Positions 1-12,559 of a DNA stretch of 64,000 nucleotides are shown one piece after another. Source of the stretch: Octopus bimaculoides (Eukaryota). Under the pieces are notes generated by a model. It saw only the letters and a list, made by a program, of their open reading frames with translations, had not been told where the DNA came from and ran no database searches. The number at the start of each line of letters is the position of its first letter. Position 1 is the first letter of the stretch. Location of the stretch: assembly GCF_001194135.2 (NCBI RefSeq), contig NC_068984.1:21390163-21454162 (forward strand), in the 5' to 3' direction. Made by a program: the position numbers and the translations under genes.

Positions 1-1967
1 TAACAATCGACACTCAAGAATTTCCTAGTGCAAAAGCTGAGAACAGTAGGAAAAGAACTAGCAGAAAAATGTAGATTTGTTTCAAATCCTGGCTTAGAAT
101 CTAGGAAGTTATTTGTTACAATGGTAAAACTGTTAAGTCACAGAGAGATACCAGTATTAAAGTCATTCATGGTTCACCTTAAAGCTTTCTATCAGTATGC
201 GAGAAGCAATCACTTCACTCATGAGATTTGAACCCAGAATTCAAAAAGCCACAACAGATAGCAGTACTCTAACAATTACCATCCCTGAACTGATATTTTA
301 TTTATTGACCATGAAAGAATAAAAGAGAAAGTTAACCATGATAGGATTTGAACTCAAAATGCAGAGAGCTGGAACAAATACTGCAAAGAATTCTCTCTAC
401 CACTCTAATGACTCTGCCAATCAGCCAATCGATAATATCGTTCAAGTTCTTTAGTAAGACAGGTTCATTAGTGAAATTAGTTTATCACAAGGTGATTAAA
501 AACCATACACAGATATAATTAACTTAACATAGTGAGGCATTAAATGATACAATGGAATAAGTAATTTATCATTGAGCAGTGATTATCTACACAGCAAGTT
601 AATTAGTTTATCATAGAGTGGTGATAAACTGCATAGAGAGATAACTGTGTAACTCAGCAGATTTAAGATTGAGACTGAGTATAATTATTTTCTCTTTAGA
701 TAACAGTACTGAGGCAATAGGAAACCTGTTGAATTGCAAAGAAATGCCAGTGTTGCTTCTGTCATCGCTTATCTTGATACATTCTTGCAGTGTGTGAGGA
801 GCAATGATATGTTATTAGTGAGATTTAAAGTCTTAAGACAAATTTCAATTCAAAACGCAAAGTATCAAGATATAGACTGCAGTAATAGTAGTAATCCTTT
901 ATCTTTTACTTGTCTCAGTCATTCGACTGTGGCCATGCTGGGGCACTGCCTCAAAGAGTTTTTAGTTGAATGAATCAACCGCAGTACATTTTTTTTTTAA
1001 AGCCTAGCACTTATTCTAATAGTCTTTTTCTGAACTGCTAAGTTACAGGGACATAAACACACCAATCAGTTGCCAAGTGATGGTGAGGGAACAAACACAG
1101 ACACAAAAGCACACATGCAATATATCATCATCATCGTTCAACGTCCGCTTTCCATGCTAGCGTGGGTTGGACGATTTGACTGAGGACTGGTGAACCAGAT
1201 GTCTACACCAGACTCCAATCTGATTTGGCAGAGTTTCTACAGCTGGATGCCCTTCCTAACGCCAACCACTCTGAGAGTGTAGTGGCTGCTTTTACGTGCC
1301 ACCCACACGAGGCCAGTCAGGCAGTACTGGCAACAGCCACGCTCAAATGGTGTATTTTATGTGCCACTTGCACAAGAGCCAGTCCAGGGGCACTGGCAAC
1401 GATCTCGCTCGAAAGTCCATTACACATGCCATGGGCACAAGTGCTAGAAGGGCGACACTGGGCACAGGTGNNNNNNNNNNAAGTCCATTACACATGCCAT
1501 GGGCACAAGTGCTAGAAGGGCGACACTGGGCACAGGTGCCATCCCAATTTCGCTTTCGCTTGCTCCAACAAGTCTTCGCAAGCTGAGTTTCGTGTCCAAT
1601 GAAAGAGACGACGTTGGCATGGGTGCCAGTCGTCGAATTTATATATATATATTGTCCTCGTCTAACGCTCCTCCATGTTTGTTTTCACATGGTTTCCTTG
1701 TATGTCTCCACTATCCTGTTTTTGTTCCCAGTTTTGACCCTCCATAAAATCTTAAATTTATTTTGGAAGTTATGAGAGCAACTGTCTTCGAAGATTCATA
1801 TTGTTGTTGAATGATCGAAATGAGGAGTAGATAGACAGCCAACAACTGATGAAGGGTCATTCTTTGTGTTACTTGTCCCGTTTTCAATTTTTTTATCTCG
1901 TTGTTTTAAGTATTTAACTCACTTTAGAGTTGTTTACAGTTGGTGACGTTCTGTACCCATATATGCA

Positions 1968-2044
<77 letters not shown>

Positions 2045-2275
2045 ATATACATATATATATATTATTTATATTATATATATAGACACATGAAAGCACCCAT
2101 TACACTTTCAGAGTGGTTGCTGTTAGGAAGGGCATCTAGCTATAGAAAACCATGCCAAATCAGACTGGAGTCTGGTGCAGCCTTCCAGTGTGCTAGCCCA
2201 GTCAAATCATTCAACCCATGCTAGCATGGACAACAGACGTTAAATGATAATGATGATGATGAAGATGATGATGAT

Positions 2276-2310
<35 letters not shown>

Positions 2311-3689
2311 CTCTTCTTTCAGTTTCCATCAATCAAATCTGCTCACAAGGCTCTGGTCAGCCTGAGGCGATAGTGGAAGATACTTGCTCAAGTTGCCATA
2401 CAGTGGGACTGAACCCAGAACCACATGGTTGGGAAGCAAACATCTTACCACACAACAATATAGGTAGAGAGTATTTTCTGAGTAAAAAAATAAGCAGATT
2501 AAAATATGGTAACATATCATGTTGGCATCAAGCAACACTCTAAGAATGATGCTTAGCTTCAGTTTCATTGTTTTCTCAATAAAACTGACTCATGATTCAG
2601 ATTTAATTCCTAGCTATAGTCATATAAATTCGCTTATAACACCAAAGCCATTGAGAAATACATTTCACCTATTTTAAATAAATCAGAAAATATTGTATTA
2701 AGATATTAACTATACTGTTAATGAGGCATTGTAATTCTATTGTAATATTTTTCTTGTTATTCAAAAAAAAAATCTACTTTTCCATTTTAACATTAACAAG
2801 AAGACACCATGCTGTCTTTAATAGAAAAATGTTCATATTAGCACAAAGTTAAGAAGCAAGAGTCTTTGTAGTTTGATGCTCCTCCAAAGCTATCCAGTCA
2901 AATATAATGTGGACATTGCATTTACATCCAGCTTGGTAAAAGTCAAAAGAAAAATACATCATTTATGATAACACTTTTACATTCTTTCTCTATGGATTCA
3001 TAATTTTACAATTCATTCACTCTTTCATGCTTTACAATTTTATCAGTAGAAAACAAAAAATAAAGACAAACCGGTTAAAATACTGCTACATCATCACTTG
3101 ACCTACACAATCTGCTTGTTAAGTCTCTGACAGCAAACTCACCACAATCTTTATATATAGAAAATACAACTACATATTTTAAATCTTAGCATAGTAAGAT
3201 CCATGATAAAGACACAATGGCTATAGATAGAAACTCTAAATTAATGCTTTGTTCAATCCATGCAATAGATTTGGTCATGCAGAACAGACTCAGTCAATCC
3301 AAAATTAATAACAAACTACGAGAAAGACAGAAAGCTTCTCTTTTCACTGTAATATATAAAATCAATTTGCTTTAATACAAAAAATCAATTTGTTTTTTCT
3401 ACTCTGCTAAAAAAAGACACTAGTAGAATGTTCAGATTCTGTAACCGGAATGGTTTTGTAGTGGAACTTTATTCATACTTTGCATATATATTTGTGAGTC
3501 AACAGCTAGTATTCCTTCTGTAGCCCTTGCTGACTTATGAAAGCTATACATCACACAACATCCTAAAATCCTAAAGTCTCTACTACTTCAAGTCAGCTAA
3601 TTGGTCAGGTCCACATTATGTGTGTGCTGTCTATTCCTAACAGTAGTCATGTCTGACCTTTTATTCATTGAAGATCACTAAGAAGCTCA

Positions 3690-3860
3690 TCTAAACCATT
3701 CTCCTATGCATGTCCCTTCATGTTACTCACACAACTAAAGTTCTGTCCTCTGTACATTAGTCAAATGGGATGCCGCTTGGCCGACCAGTTTGGGGAGCAC
3801 TTCCGAGACATTAGACTCTCTCCTCTCTTGCTTGACACCTACTTCCTCTCTTCACTACTA
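3690..3860 (+). mobile_element. Penelope-like GIY-YIG fragment
   Basis: FCPLYISQMGCRLADQFGEHFRDIR (cf. LYIGQTGRRLADRFAEH). Confidence 0.6.
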
Positions 3861-4566
3861 CCAACCTTCTCCCTTCATCGATACCCCTTCCATCCACACC
3901 CCACCCCTACCCACCACATCCTCACACACCCTCACATCCCCACACACTAGCACCAACCACTTCCCAGCACCCACGCCATCATCCATATGCACACACTTAC
4001 ACACTCTCACATACACACACTTACACAAACACACATGCACATGTTTTATTATCTCCCCTTCTTCCTAGCTCTCTTGTCTGACTACCTTTGCCCAGCCAGT
4101 TGCCATGATTGACCGCTAACTCCAAAAGTGTTTTTAATTCCCTCTCTGTTTATTTCCTCGTGTTCCTTTCTATTGAAGAGTGTAGGCTGAAAACAGAAAA
4201 GACTCTCACCTTCCTGAGTGTCAAACTAATACACTTGCTTGTTGTTTATACAAAATTAAGACCACTAAAGCGGACACCTAATATGCTAAACATAGACATC
4301 AAATCGCCATTACCATGAAGAGTGTGTTCTCAAAAAAAAAAAATCTCAGCAGAAAGCCAAAATGTAAAAATGAGCAAAACAAGCATGATCATCAGTGTAG
4401 TCTGTCGCTTACAAAACACAATTTCTAGAACCAGATACAGAACGCTCAACCGAAATGGAGCATGTATAAAGTTCTTCACTTTGGTGTGCTGAGGCTGGAA
4501 ATAACTCTGCAGTTAATAAATTTCAGCAGCTAATTTACCAGTTAGAGAACATTTTTATTTAAAATT

Positions 4567-5072
4567 AAATAGTAAGGGTAGAAATTGATATTAATCAATT
4601 AAAACCAGTGGCTTAGCATATTTAAAAAAGCATGCCAAAGTGAAGACATTTGAAAAATACATCCAAATATAATTTGTAGAACTTTATACATGCTCTATTT
4701 CGGTTGAGTGTTCTGTATCTAGTTCAGAAAATTGTGTTTTGTAAGCAACAGACTACACTGATGATCATGCTGATATTTGTTTATGTAAATATTAGCAAAT
4801 GAAACCATGGTATGTAGGTAATCGTTTTTATTTCATATATTTTCATTTGTCTTGCTCATTTTCACATTTTGGCTTTTTGCTGAGATTTTTTTTTGAGAAC
4901 ACAGTCTTCATGGAAATGGCAATTTGACATCTATGTTTAGCATATTAGGTGTCCACTTTGGTGGTCATTCCTCTTAATTTTGTATGTAATATAAGTTTTA
5001 ATCTTCAGATTCTTTAAATATGCTAAGCCACTGGTTTTAATTAATTAATATCAATTTCTACCCTTATTATTT
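4567..5072. mobile_element. MITE with ~55-bp TIRs, next to an inverted partial copy of its interior
   Basis: taagggtagaaattgatattaatcaattaaaaccagtggcttagcatatttaaa at 4573 and its reverse complement ending at 5066; ~4245-4475 is the reverse complement of ~4680-4990. Confidence 0.8.
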
Positions 5073-5919
5073 GAACGTGACTGTTGCCAGTACCGCCGGA
5101 CTGGCCCTCATGCCGGTGGTACATAAAAAGCATCCACTACACTCTCGGAGTGGTTGACATTAGGAAGGGCATCCGGCTGTAGAAACTCTGCCAGATCAGA
5201 TTGGAGCCTGGTGCAGCCTTCTGGTTCGCCAGTCCTCAGTGAAATCGTCCAACCCATGCTAGCATGGAAAGCAGACGTTAAACAATGATGATGATGATAT
5301 GTAAATATATATTTATACATATGGCAAGAAGAAAATGGAGGGAATCCTGCCAGGCAATAACCAACACTTGTGTATAAATTTGGTATTCTACCTGCAGTAT
5401 GTTGGATAGACACTATCCCTTAATTGGTTGGATTCACAACCTCTAACTCTCATTGGATTATATTTATACATATATATGCATGACTGTGTGTGCATGTGTG
5501 TGTGTTAGTGTGTACCCTTGTTTTGACATCAGATGATGATCATAAATGAGCATGTACTGTAGTTTATTTCTAGCTTTCTGTGGGAAATATGTCTGGCTTT
5601 ATGAAATAGCATTTTGTTTGGAAGCAGGTGAGAGTTGATGAAGGAATGGTATCCAGCTATAGAAAATCTGCCTCGACAATTTCTGTCTTACCCATGCCAG
5701 CATGAAAAAGTGGATGTTAAATGATGATAATGATGAAGATGATGATGATAATGATGATGCCGGTATTAAGTAGAACATCCAGTTGTAAGAACCATGCCAA
5801 ACAATGAAGAATATGACAGAGAGTCCCCACCGCACTTAAAAGAGCAGTTATCACAAAGAGAGACTGGCTAAAATCATGACAACCCATCCAACCCACACCA
5901 GCATCAAAAGTAGAAGTAA

Positions 5920-6250
5920 AATGGTGGTGATGGTGATGATGATGATGATGGTGATGACGATGGTGATGACGATGGTGATGACGATGGTAATGATGACGGT
6001 GATGATGACGATGATGATGACGATGGTGATGACGATGGTGATGGTGATGATGATGAGGAGGAGGAAGAGGAGGAGGAGGAGGAGGAGGTGAGTGGCACTG
6101 ATGGTGATAGTGATGACAATGATGATGATGATAATGATGACAATGACAATGATGACGACGACAATGATGACGACGACAAGGACGACAGCAACAACGACGA
6201 TGATGATGATGATGATGATAATGACAATAACAATGATGACAAAATCAGTG
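5920..6250. repeat. Compound trinucleotide array (GAT/GAC/GGT/GAG/AAT)
   Basis: Read directly; a similar block lies at 16940-17290. Confidence 0.95.
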
Positions 6251-6704
6251 ACGAAGATGATGATTATAAACGTGATCTGTGCTGCTGACAATGAGAGGAA
6301 GGTTATACGACTGTTCATATTATGAAGCAGTGAACTGGATGGGAACTGTGACATTTTTATCAAAAAATACTCACACACATACATATTACATCCAGATACT
6401 GTTTGGACAACACTGAAGGAGACATGAGTTTTCATATCTATGAACAAAACCTAAAAGACAAGAGAAAAGAGACAGAAGTGGTAGAGGAGGATGCTGGCAC
6501 TCCAGTAACAGTTGAAGCTATTCTTGTGTGAGTGGAGTTGATGATGACAATTATGACAACAGCTATGGCAACAGTGCCAGTGATATTAGGTAAGAACTAG
6601 ACAGAATACATATGTACACAGACACAGACACATATGTATATACATAGTGATACCTATAGAATTATGTGTGTATATCTCTTTATATATATATACATATATA
6701 TATA

Positions 6705-7237
6705 NNNNNNNNNNNNNNNNNNNNNNNNNNNNNNNNNNNNNNNNNNNNNNNNNNNNNNNNNNNNNNNNNNNNNNNNNNNNNNNNNNNNNNNNNNNNNNNN
6801 NNNNNNNNNNNNNNNNNNNNNNNNNNNNNNNNNNNNNNNNNNNNNNNNNNNNNNNNNNNNNNNNNNNNNNNNNNNNNNNNNNNNNNNNNNNNNNNNNNNN
6901 NNNNNNNNNNNNNNNNNNNNNNNNNNNNNNNNNNNNNNNNNNNNNNNNNNNNNNNNNNNNNNNNNNNNNNNNNNNNNNNNNNNNNNNNNNNNNNNNNNNN
7001 NNNNNNNNNNNNNNNNNNNNNNNNNNNNNNNNNNNNNNNNNNNNNNNNNNNNNNNNNNNNNNNNNNNNNNNNNNNNNNNNNNNNNNNNNNNNNNNNNNNN
7101 NNNNNNNNNNNNNNNNNNNNNNNNNNNNNNNNNNNNNNNNNNNNNNNNNNNNNNNNNNNNNNNNNNNNNNNNNNNNNNNNNNNNNNNNNNNNNNNNNNNN
7201 NNNNNNNNNNNNNNNNNNNNNNNNNNNNNNNNNNNNN
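6705..7237. other. Assembly gap; others at 1471-1480, 14839-15637, 16143-16242, 40656-41094, 52654-52721, 53498-53526
   Basis: N runs, nearly all abutting microsatellites or SINEs. Confidence 0.98.
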
Positions 7238-7395
7238 CATCATCATCGTTTAATGTCTGCTTTCCATGCTAGCATGGGTTGGACGATTTGACTGAAGACT
7301 GGTGAAACCAGATGGCTACACCAGGCTCCAATCTGATTTGGCAGAGTTTCTACAACTGGATGCCCTTCCTAACGCCAACCACTCAGAGAGTGTAG

Positions 7396-7429
<34 letters not shown>

Positions 7430-7450
7430 TGATATATATATGCACACATA

Positions 7451-9037
7451 CAATAGCGGCCGTAATATAAGGGTTAGTAAGAACAAGTTTATTGAAAGAA
7501 TTATTATAGTTTACCAAAACGTTGAGACTAGATATTCTTTCACATATTTAGATGTATCAAATATCTATCTTCCGTGAAAATTTCAAGTGGAGGTAATAAA
7601 TATTTTGTAAGTTATAAGGAAATAAACAAATAATCTTCCAAATTGTAGCGGCCAAAAGTTATGGGTCACTTAGAAAAAATGAACTACTAGCCAAAGTATT
7701 TATTGTTTAGAAGACTGTTAATGGGCTAACGGTTACTTCTCATGATCTTACATTATTGGAACATTCAACTGTCAACATGGCAGCTTGTGAGAAACGACCG
7801 GTGTCCTGTGATGAAAAACAAAGGGTTGTGTGCCTTCACCAAGAGGGCAAGTCAAATGCTGCGATAGCAATTACTGTAGGAAGGTCTAGAAGTGCTGTAC
7901 AACGAATTGTAGCTCGTTTAAAGTCATCAGCATTGACTGATGCTAAACCCAAAACTGGTAGACCTTGTAAAACTTCACCAAGACAGGAACGTATTGTGGT
8001 TAGAATGTCACTGAAGGATAGGTTTAAGAGTGCTACTGAAATATTCTGCGAGCTTAGCTCCACTTCTGATGTCAACATATCACGCAAAACAGTTTCTTGG
8101 AGGTTACGAGGTTCTAGGTTGCTTGCTCGGGCACCGGCAAAGAAACCACTGATCTCCAAGAAGAATCAAAGATCTCGTCTTCGTTCGGCTCATGAACATA
8201 TCATTTGGACAGAAGAACAGTAGTCGCAGGTTCATTTTAACGATGAATCAAAGTTTAATGTGACTGGTTCCGATGGTAGGATATACGTCCGATGAAGAAA
8301 TGGCAAAAGGTTATCTCATGCACGTGTGAAGAAAACAATGAAGTATGGAGGAGGCAGTGTAATGGTATGGGGAGTGATCTCTGCTGGTTCTGGTTCACTT
8401 ATTCGTCTACAAGCAGATTCTTAGACAGCATGCCCTTCCGATCATCGTCACTTCAACCTCCTATCTTCGTGCAGGACAACGCTCCCTGTCACACTACAAA
8501 GAGAGTCAAAGATTTTTTGAGTGATGAAGGGGTTGATCTCGTGGACTGGCCACCTCAAAGTCCTGATCTCAACCCTATAGAAAACGTTTGGAAGATTATT
8601 GGAGATGGAGCATGAAGGAGAAATCCAAAGAACCAAGATGAAGTCTGGGAATTATTGAAAAACGAATGAAACAATATTACTCCATCATTTTGCAAGAAAT
8701 TAATTCAGTTCTGTGGTAAGAAATGTCAGGAGGTCATTAATAGTAAAGGGATGTTCATAAAATATTAATAGCAAGGGTTTCTTTTTGCTCTTGTTCCATT
8801 TTCATTGTCTTTCTAAGTGACCCTTAACTTTTGGCCATTGCAGTTTGGAAGATTATTTGTTTATTTCCTCATAACTTACAAAATATTTATTCCATTCACT
8901 TGGAATTTTCACGAAAGATAGATATTAGATATATCTAAATATGTGTAAAACATCTAGTCTCAGTGTTTTGTAAATCTTTGATAATAAATATTTCAATACA
9001 TTTGTTCTTACTGATCCTTATATTATGGCTGCTATTG
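7451..9037 (+). mobile_element. Full-length, inactive Tc1-family DNA transposon with ~225-bp TIRs
   Basis: TA|CAATAGCGGCC...GGCTGCTATTG|TA; TIRs ~7451-7676 and ~8810-9037 align as reverse complements; internal transposase. Confidence 0.93.
7777..8768 (+). pseudogene. Tc1 DD34E transposase pseudogene
   Basis: HTH region, GRPCKTS, F(N)DESKF, GGGSVMVWG, QDNAPCH, WPPQSPDLNPIENVW; 34 residues counted between D and E. Stops at ~8221 and ~8292, further stops near the C-terminus, and a deletion/frameshift near 8410. Confidence 0.92.
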
Positions 9038-9195
9038 TATGTACATACATACATATATACAAACATGCCTACATACATAGATACATACATAGATACATAC
9101 ATAGATACATACATAGATACATACATACAAACATACATACATACATAAATACATATATACATGCATGCATACATACATGCATACATATATATGTG

Positions 9196-9233
<38 letters not shown>

Positions 9234-10289
9234 AGAGAGTTAGGGGTTGCATGTATATACACACACACACATACATACATACATACATATACACACATAA
9301 ATACATACATATATACACACACACACATATACATACACATCTGTTTATCTACCTAAATATGTATGTGTGTGTATGTGTATGTGTGTGTAAATATATATAC
9401 ATACACACACACACACACACACACATACACACATATATATATATATATATACATACATTTGCATATATATTTATGTGTGTGTGTATGTGTGTATTGGACA
9501 GGTGGTTCTTAATAAGTATAAATATAATTAGGCAGAAAAACAGGAAAATCAGGAAAGTGTAAGTTCATAGTAGTTCTTCATAGCTAGTAGATATCCTGAA
9601 AGTTCATACTTGAATATCATAGATGAAAGAGAGAGAAGAGGATCTGAGTAGACCTTCATAGGGGTTCTTCATGGATAGGTAGATATCTAGAGAGTTTATT
9701 GATGAATCTCATAAATAAGAGTGTGGAGAATATGGGTAATACTTGACAACTGTTACTAGGGTTTAGAGATTAGTAAGTGTAGAATTCTGTGTACATATTC
9801 ATGAAGTAAATTGGTTTGTGATAACCCATTCAATACAACATGTTAGTATGGAAAGCAGACATAAAATGTGGATGATGAAAATGGCCGATACCAGTGTTAC
9901 ACGACTAGCACGTATGCCAGTGGTACATGACAAGCACCTTTTGAGCATTCGGCCTCAGGGAAGCAATGACAAATGACCAAGGCTTCTGGCAATATGCTGT
10001 GCATGAATGGAAAACTCATCAAGCCAAGTGAAATTGAATTTGTGGCAGATACTGGTGTCATGCAACTTGCACCCATGTTAGTGGCACATAAAAGCACTCA
10101 TTACACTCTTGGAGTGGTTGGTATTAGGAAGGGTATCCAGCCATAGAAACTATACCAAATCAGATAGGGTATCCAGCCATTGAAACTATACCAATCAGCT
10201 TACTAGCCCTGGTCAAGCCGTCCAGCCCATGGCAGCATGGACAAGGGATGTTAAATGATGATGATGATGTGTGTGCACACATGCTATTG

Positions 10290-10870
10290 TCCTGCATGTG
10301 CAACCCATCGCAATTAGAAAGACTCACAAAACATATTCACTGCGTGCAGTTTTCTGGCTACAGCCAAAGGGACAAGATCAGAATGTACAAAGGGGCCAGA
10401 GCTAAGTACACAGCTATCAGAGAGAATGATGCAAATGGGATCTGCTTGCTATACAGGAGTAAATCCTGGAATAGCATAGAAAAGACCACAACGAAGATAG
10501 TTATGGCTAACTCAGTGATGTTACCCTTTGTGATGAACTAGCATACCTTTTTAGGAGAACCTTAGATAATATGAATCTACAAAATAAAGTAGTAGAAAGG
10601 CCAGGGACCCCATGATATATCTGATCTGTAAAATATATCTATCTGAAAGGACCCCATGTATGGATAACAACTGTATAATATGTAGGATGACTCCACAAGT
10701 AAACTGTAAGATTAGGTATGTAGTCTATAGTATGTGGTGTACTGATGAACGGTGAAGAAACAAGACAACAACAAACATTGGGGAGACAGCACATAGCATA
10801 GGTGAGTGGATAGGTGAACACTGACAGGAGCTCAAGGAGGGGAAAAGCCCATCAGTTCTCTACCAACATG
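10290..10870 (+). mobile_element. Penelope-like element remnant (RT thumb and GIY-YIG)
   Basis: FSGYSQRDK...AKY...LYRSKSW, then YVVYSMWC...NIGETAHSIGE.IGEH. Confidence 0.6.
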
Positions 10871-11138
10871 CCCAGTTAGAACATAGAGGTTTGGTTAATA
10901 GCATAGACATTAAAATATTATATGTGTAAAAATAAATAAGCAAACATTGAACACGGTTAAATGGAAGGATGTAGCTTGATCTCTACATTACAGTAATTAA
11001 AAACCCAAGCTATACTCTTATGTTCAGCTAAGTCTAATGTTAATTTGCTTTTATACAGTTGAAGATTCTTCAATATGAAACCATTCGGTAACATGAATTG
11101 GATGTTATAAGACTAAACTTATAATGTTGTATAAATAG

Positions 11139-11207
<69 letters not shown>

Positions 11208-11829
11208 CACATACATATATACATTCATGCATATACGCATATACATATTTATCTTACACACACACACAATATGTAGATAGGGTTATAATCCAAGTTGTAT
11301 CCTCATGAAGCACATCTGCATATTCCACTTCTCCACAGTGTATTTGTAGATATTATGATCAATGTGGAAGTTGAGAATACCAGAGAATACTGTTAAATAC
11401 AGGAAAATATTTTCCTATACACACACACGCACACATATATATATATATATATATTTGTGTGTTTGTGAGTATACACATGCGCACATAATTTATATCTCTT
11501 ACTCTGTTCTGTTATAGCCTATTAGTATTCATATTATGGATTTGCTATAAGTGATAATACAAAAGAATTTTAGTGTGATATTGGCCTATGTTAGCTGCTA
11601 ATTGCTGTAGCATATCTCCTGATGGTTAAGTAGCAGATAGATTGTCTATGATTTTCACATGGGAAGAGACTAGAATTGCCAAGCTTATCCAGTAAAAGGA
11701 TGTTAATATTTATTTCAATGTGAAATTTATTTAAATGTCACTTGGCATAGTTAGTAACATGATTGTCCAGCAAGTGAAAGATGTGTGACTTGACTCTTAT
11801 GGTATGATCTTAGACCATACATGTAGGTA

Positions 11830-12287
11830 CCTTACATTTGTATGTGTGTGTGTCCGGGGTGGGTGCTGGTGCAATGTCTCAGCCAGAATCAAGGTGACAT
11901 GCTGGTTGAACAATATTGTATACAGTGACATAACAGCAAAGAGACAGGCTTGGAAGAATGGAAGAAAGAAGGCAGCACAGAGAAAATGGAAACAGCTAGA
12001 AAGGAAGCCAAACATCAGGTATATATCACATGGGGAGAGGCAGAAAGGAAGAGCTGCACACGTTCTATGATGTGAGGATCAGAAGCACAAGGTGATCCGC
12101 ATAGCTATACAGTGTACTAGATACTATGAAGATGTCAGGGAGAAAAGTGTATGGAATGATAACAGCACAATCACTGTCACTGACATTGAAAAGTAAGAGG
12201 CATGGAAGAGATATCATGAAAGATTGTTGAAGGTGAAAAATGCATAGGAAAGAGAGCATCTTCTATGTAGACCCTACAGAGGGACCT
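11830..12287 (+). mobile_element. RTE LINE internal fragment (same family as 32.4-34.3 kb)
   Basis: WLNNIVYSDITAKRQAWK; EAWKRYHERLL...VDPTEGP. Confidence 0.75.
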
Positions 12288-12559
12288 GATGCATATATAT
12301 ATATATATATGTATGTATATCTATGTGTGTGTGTCTTTATGTCTGTATTTGTTCCCCATCACAGCTTGATAACTGGTGTTGGTGTGTTTTCATCCCTGTA
12401 ACTTAGCAGTTCAGCAAAAGAGCCTGATAGAATAAGTATCAGGCTTAAAAAGTAAGTACTGGTCGATTCATTTGACTAAAAATTCAAGGTGGTGCCCCAG
12501 CATGGCCACAGTCTAATGACTGAAATAAGTAAAAGATAAAAGATAACCCCTTTAGAATC

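Noticed and set aside
700-793. Possible plus-strand exon (tttctctttag|...DNSTEAIGNLLNCKEMPVLLLSSLILIHSCSV) with a signal-peptide-like stretch
   Set aside because: Weak donor, no recognisable homology and no partner exons; such acceptors arise by chance in T-rich DNA.
1413-1538. Exact 58-bp direct repeat either side of a 10-N gap
   Set aside because: Typical unmerged contig overlap; assembly artefact, not a biological repeat.
5851-6447. Long poly-Ser/Asp/Met/Ile ORFs in several frames (also 16869-17332)
   Set aside because: Products of stop-free trinucleotide microsatellites.
6634-7291. 188-382 aa ORFs here and at 14626-15774 and 40521-41250
   Set aside because: Open only because they run through N gaps.
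8935-9562. ORFs rich in YI/HT/CV/MY, repeated throughout the window
   Set aside because: Translations of (TA)n, (CA)n and (TACA)n arrays.
11281-11390. Acceptor-like sites on both strands with a protein-like frame (FSGILNFHIDHNIYKYTVEKW)
   Set aside because: No usable donor before a stop and no homology recognised.
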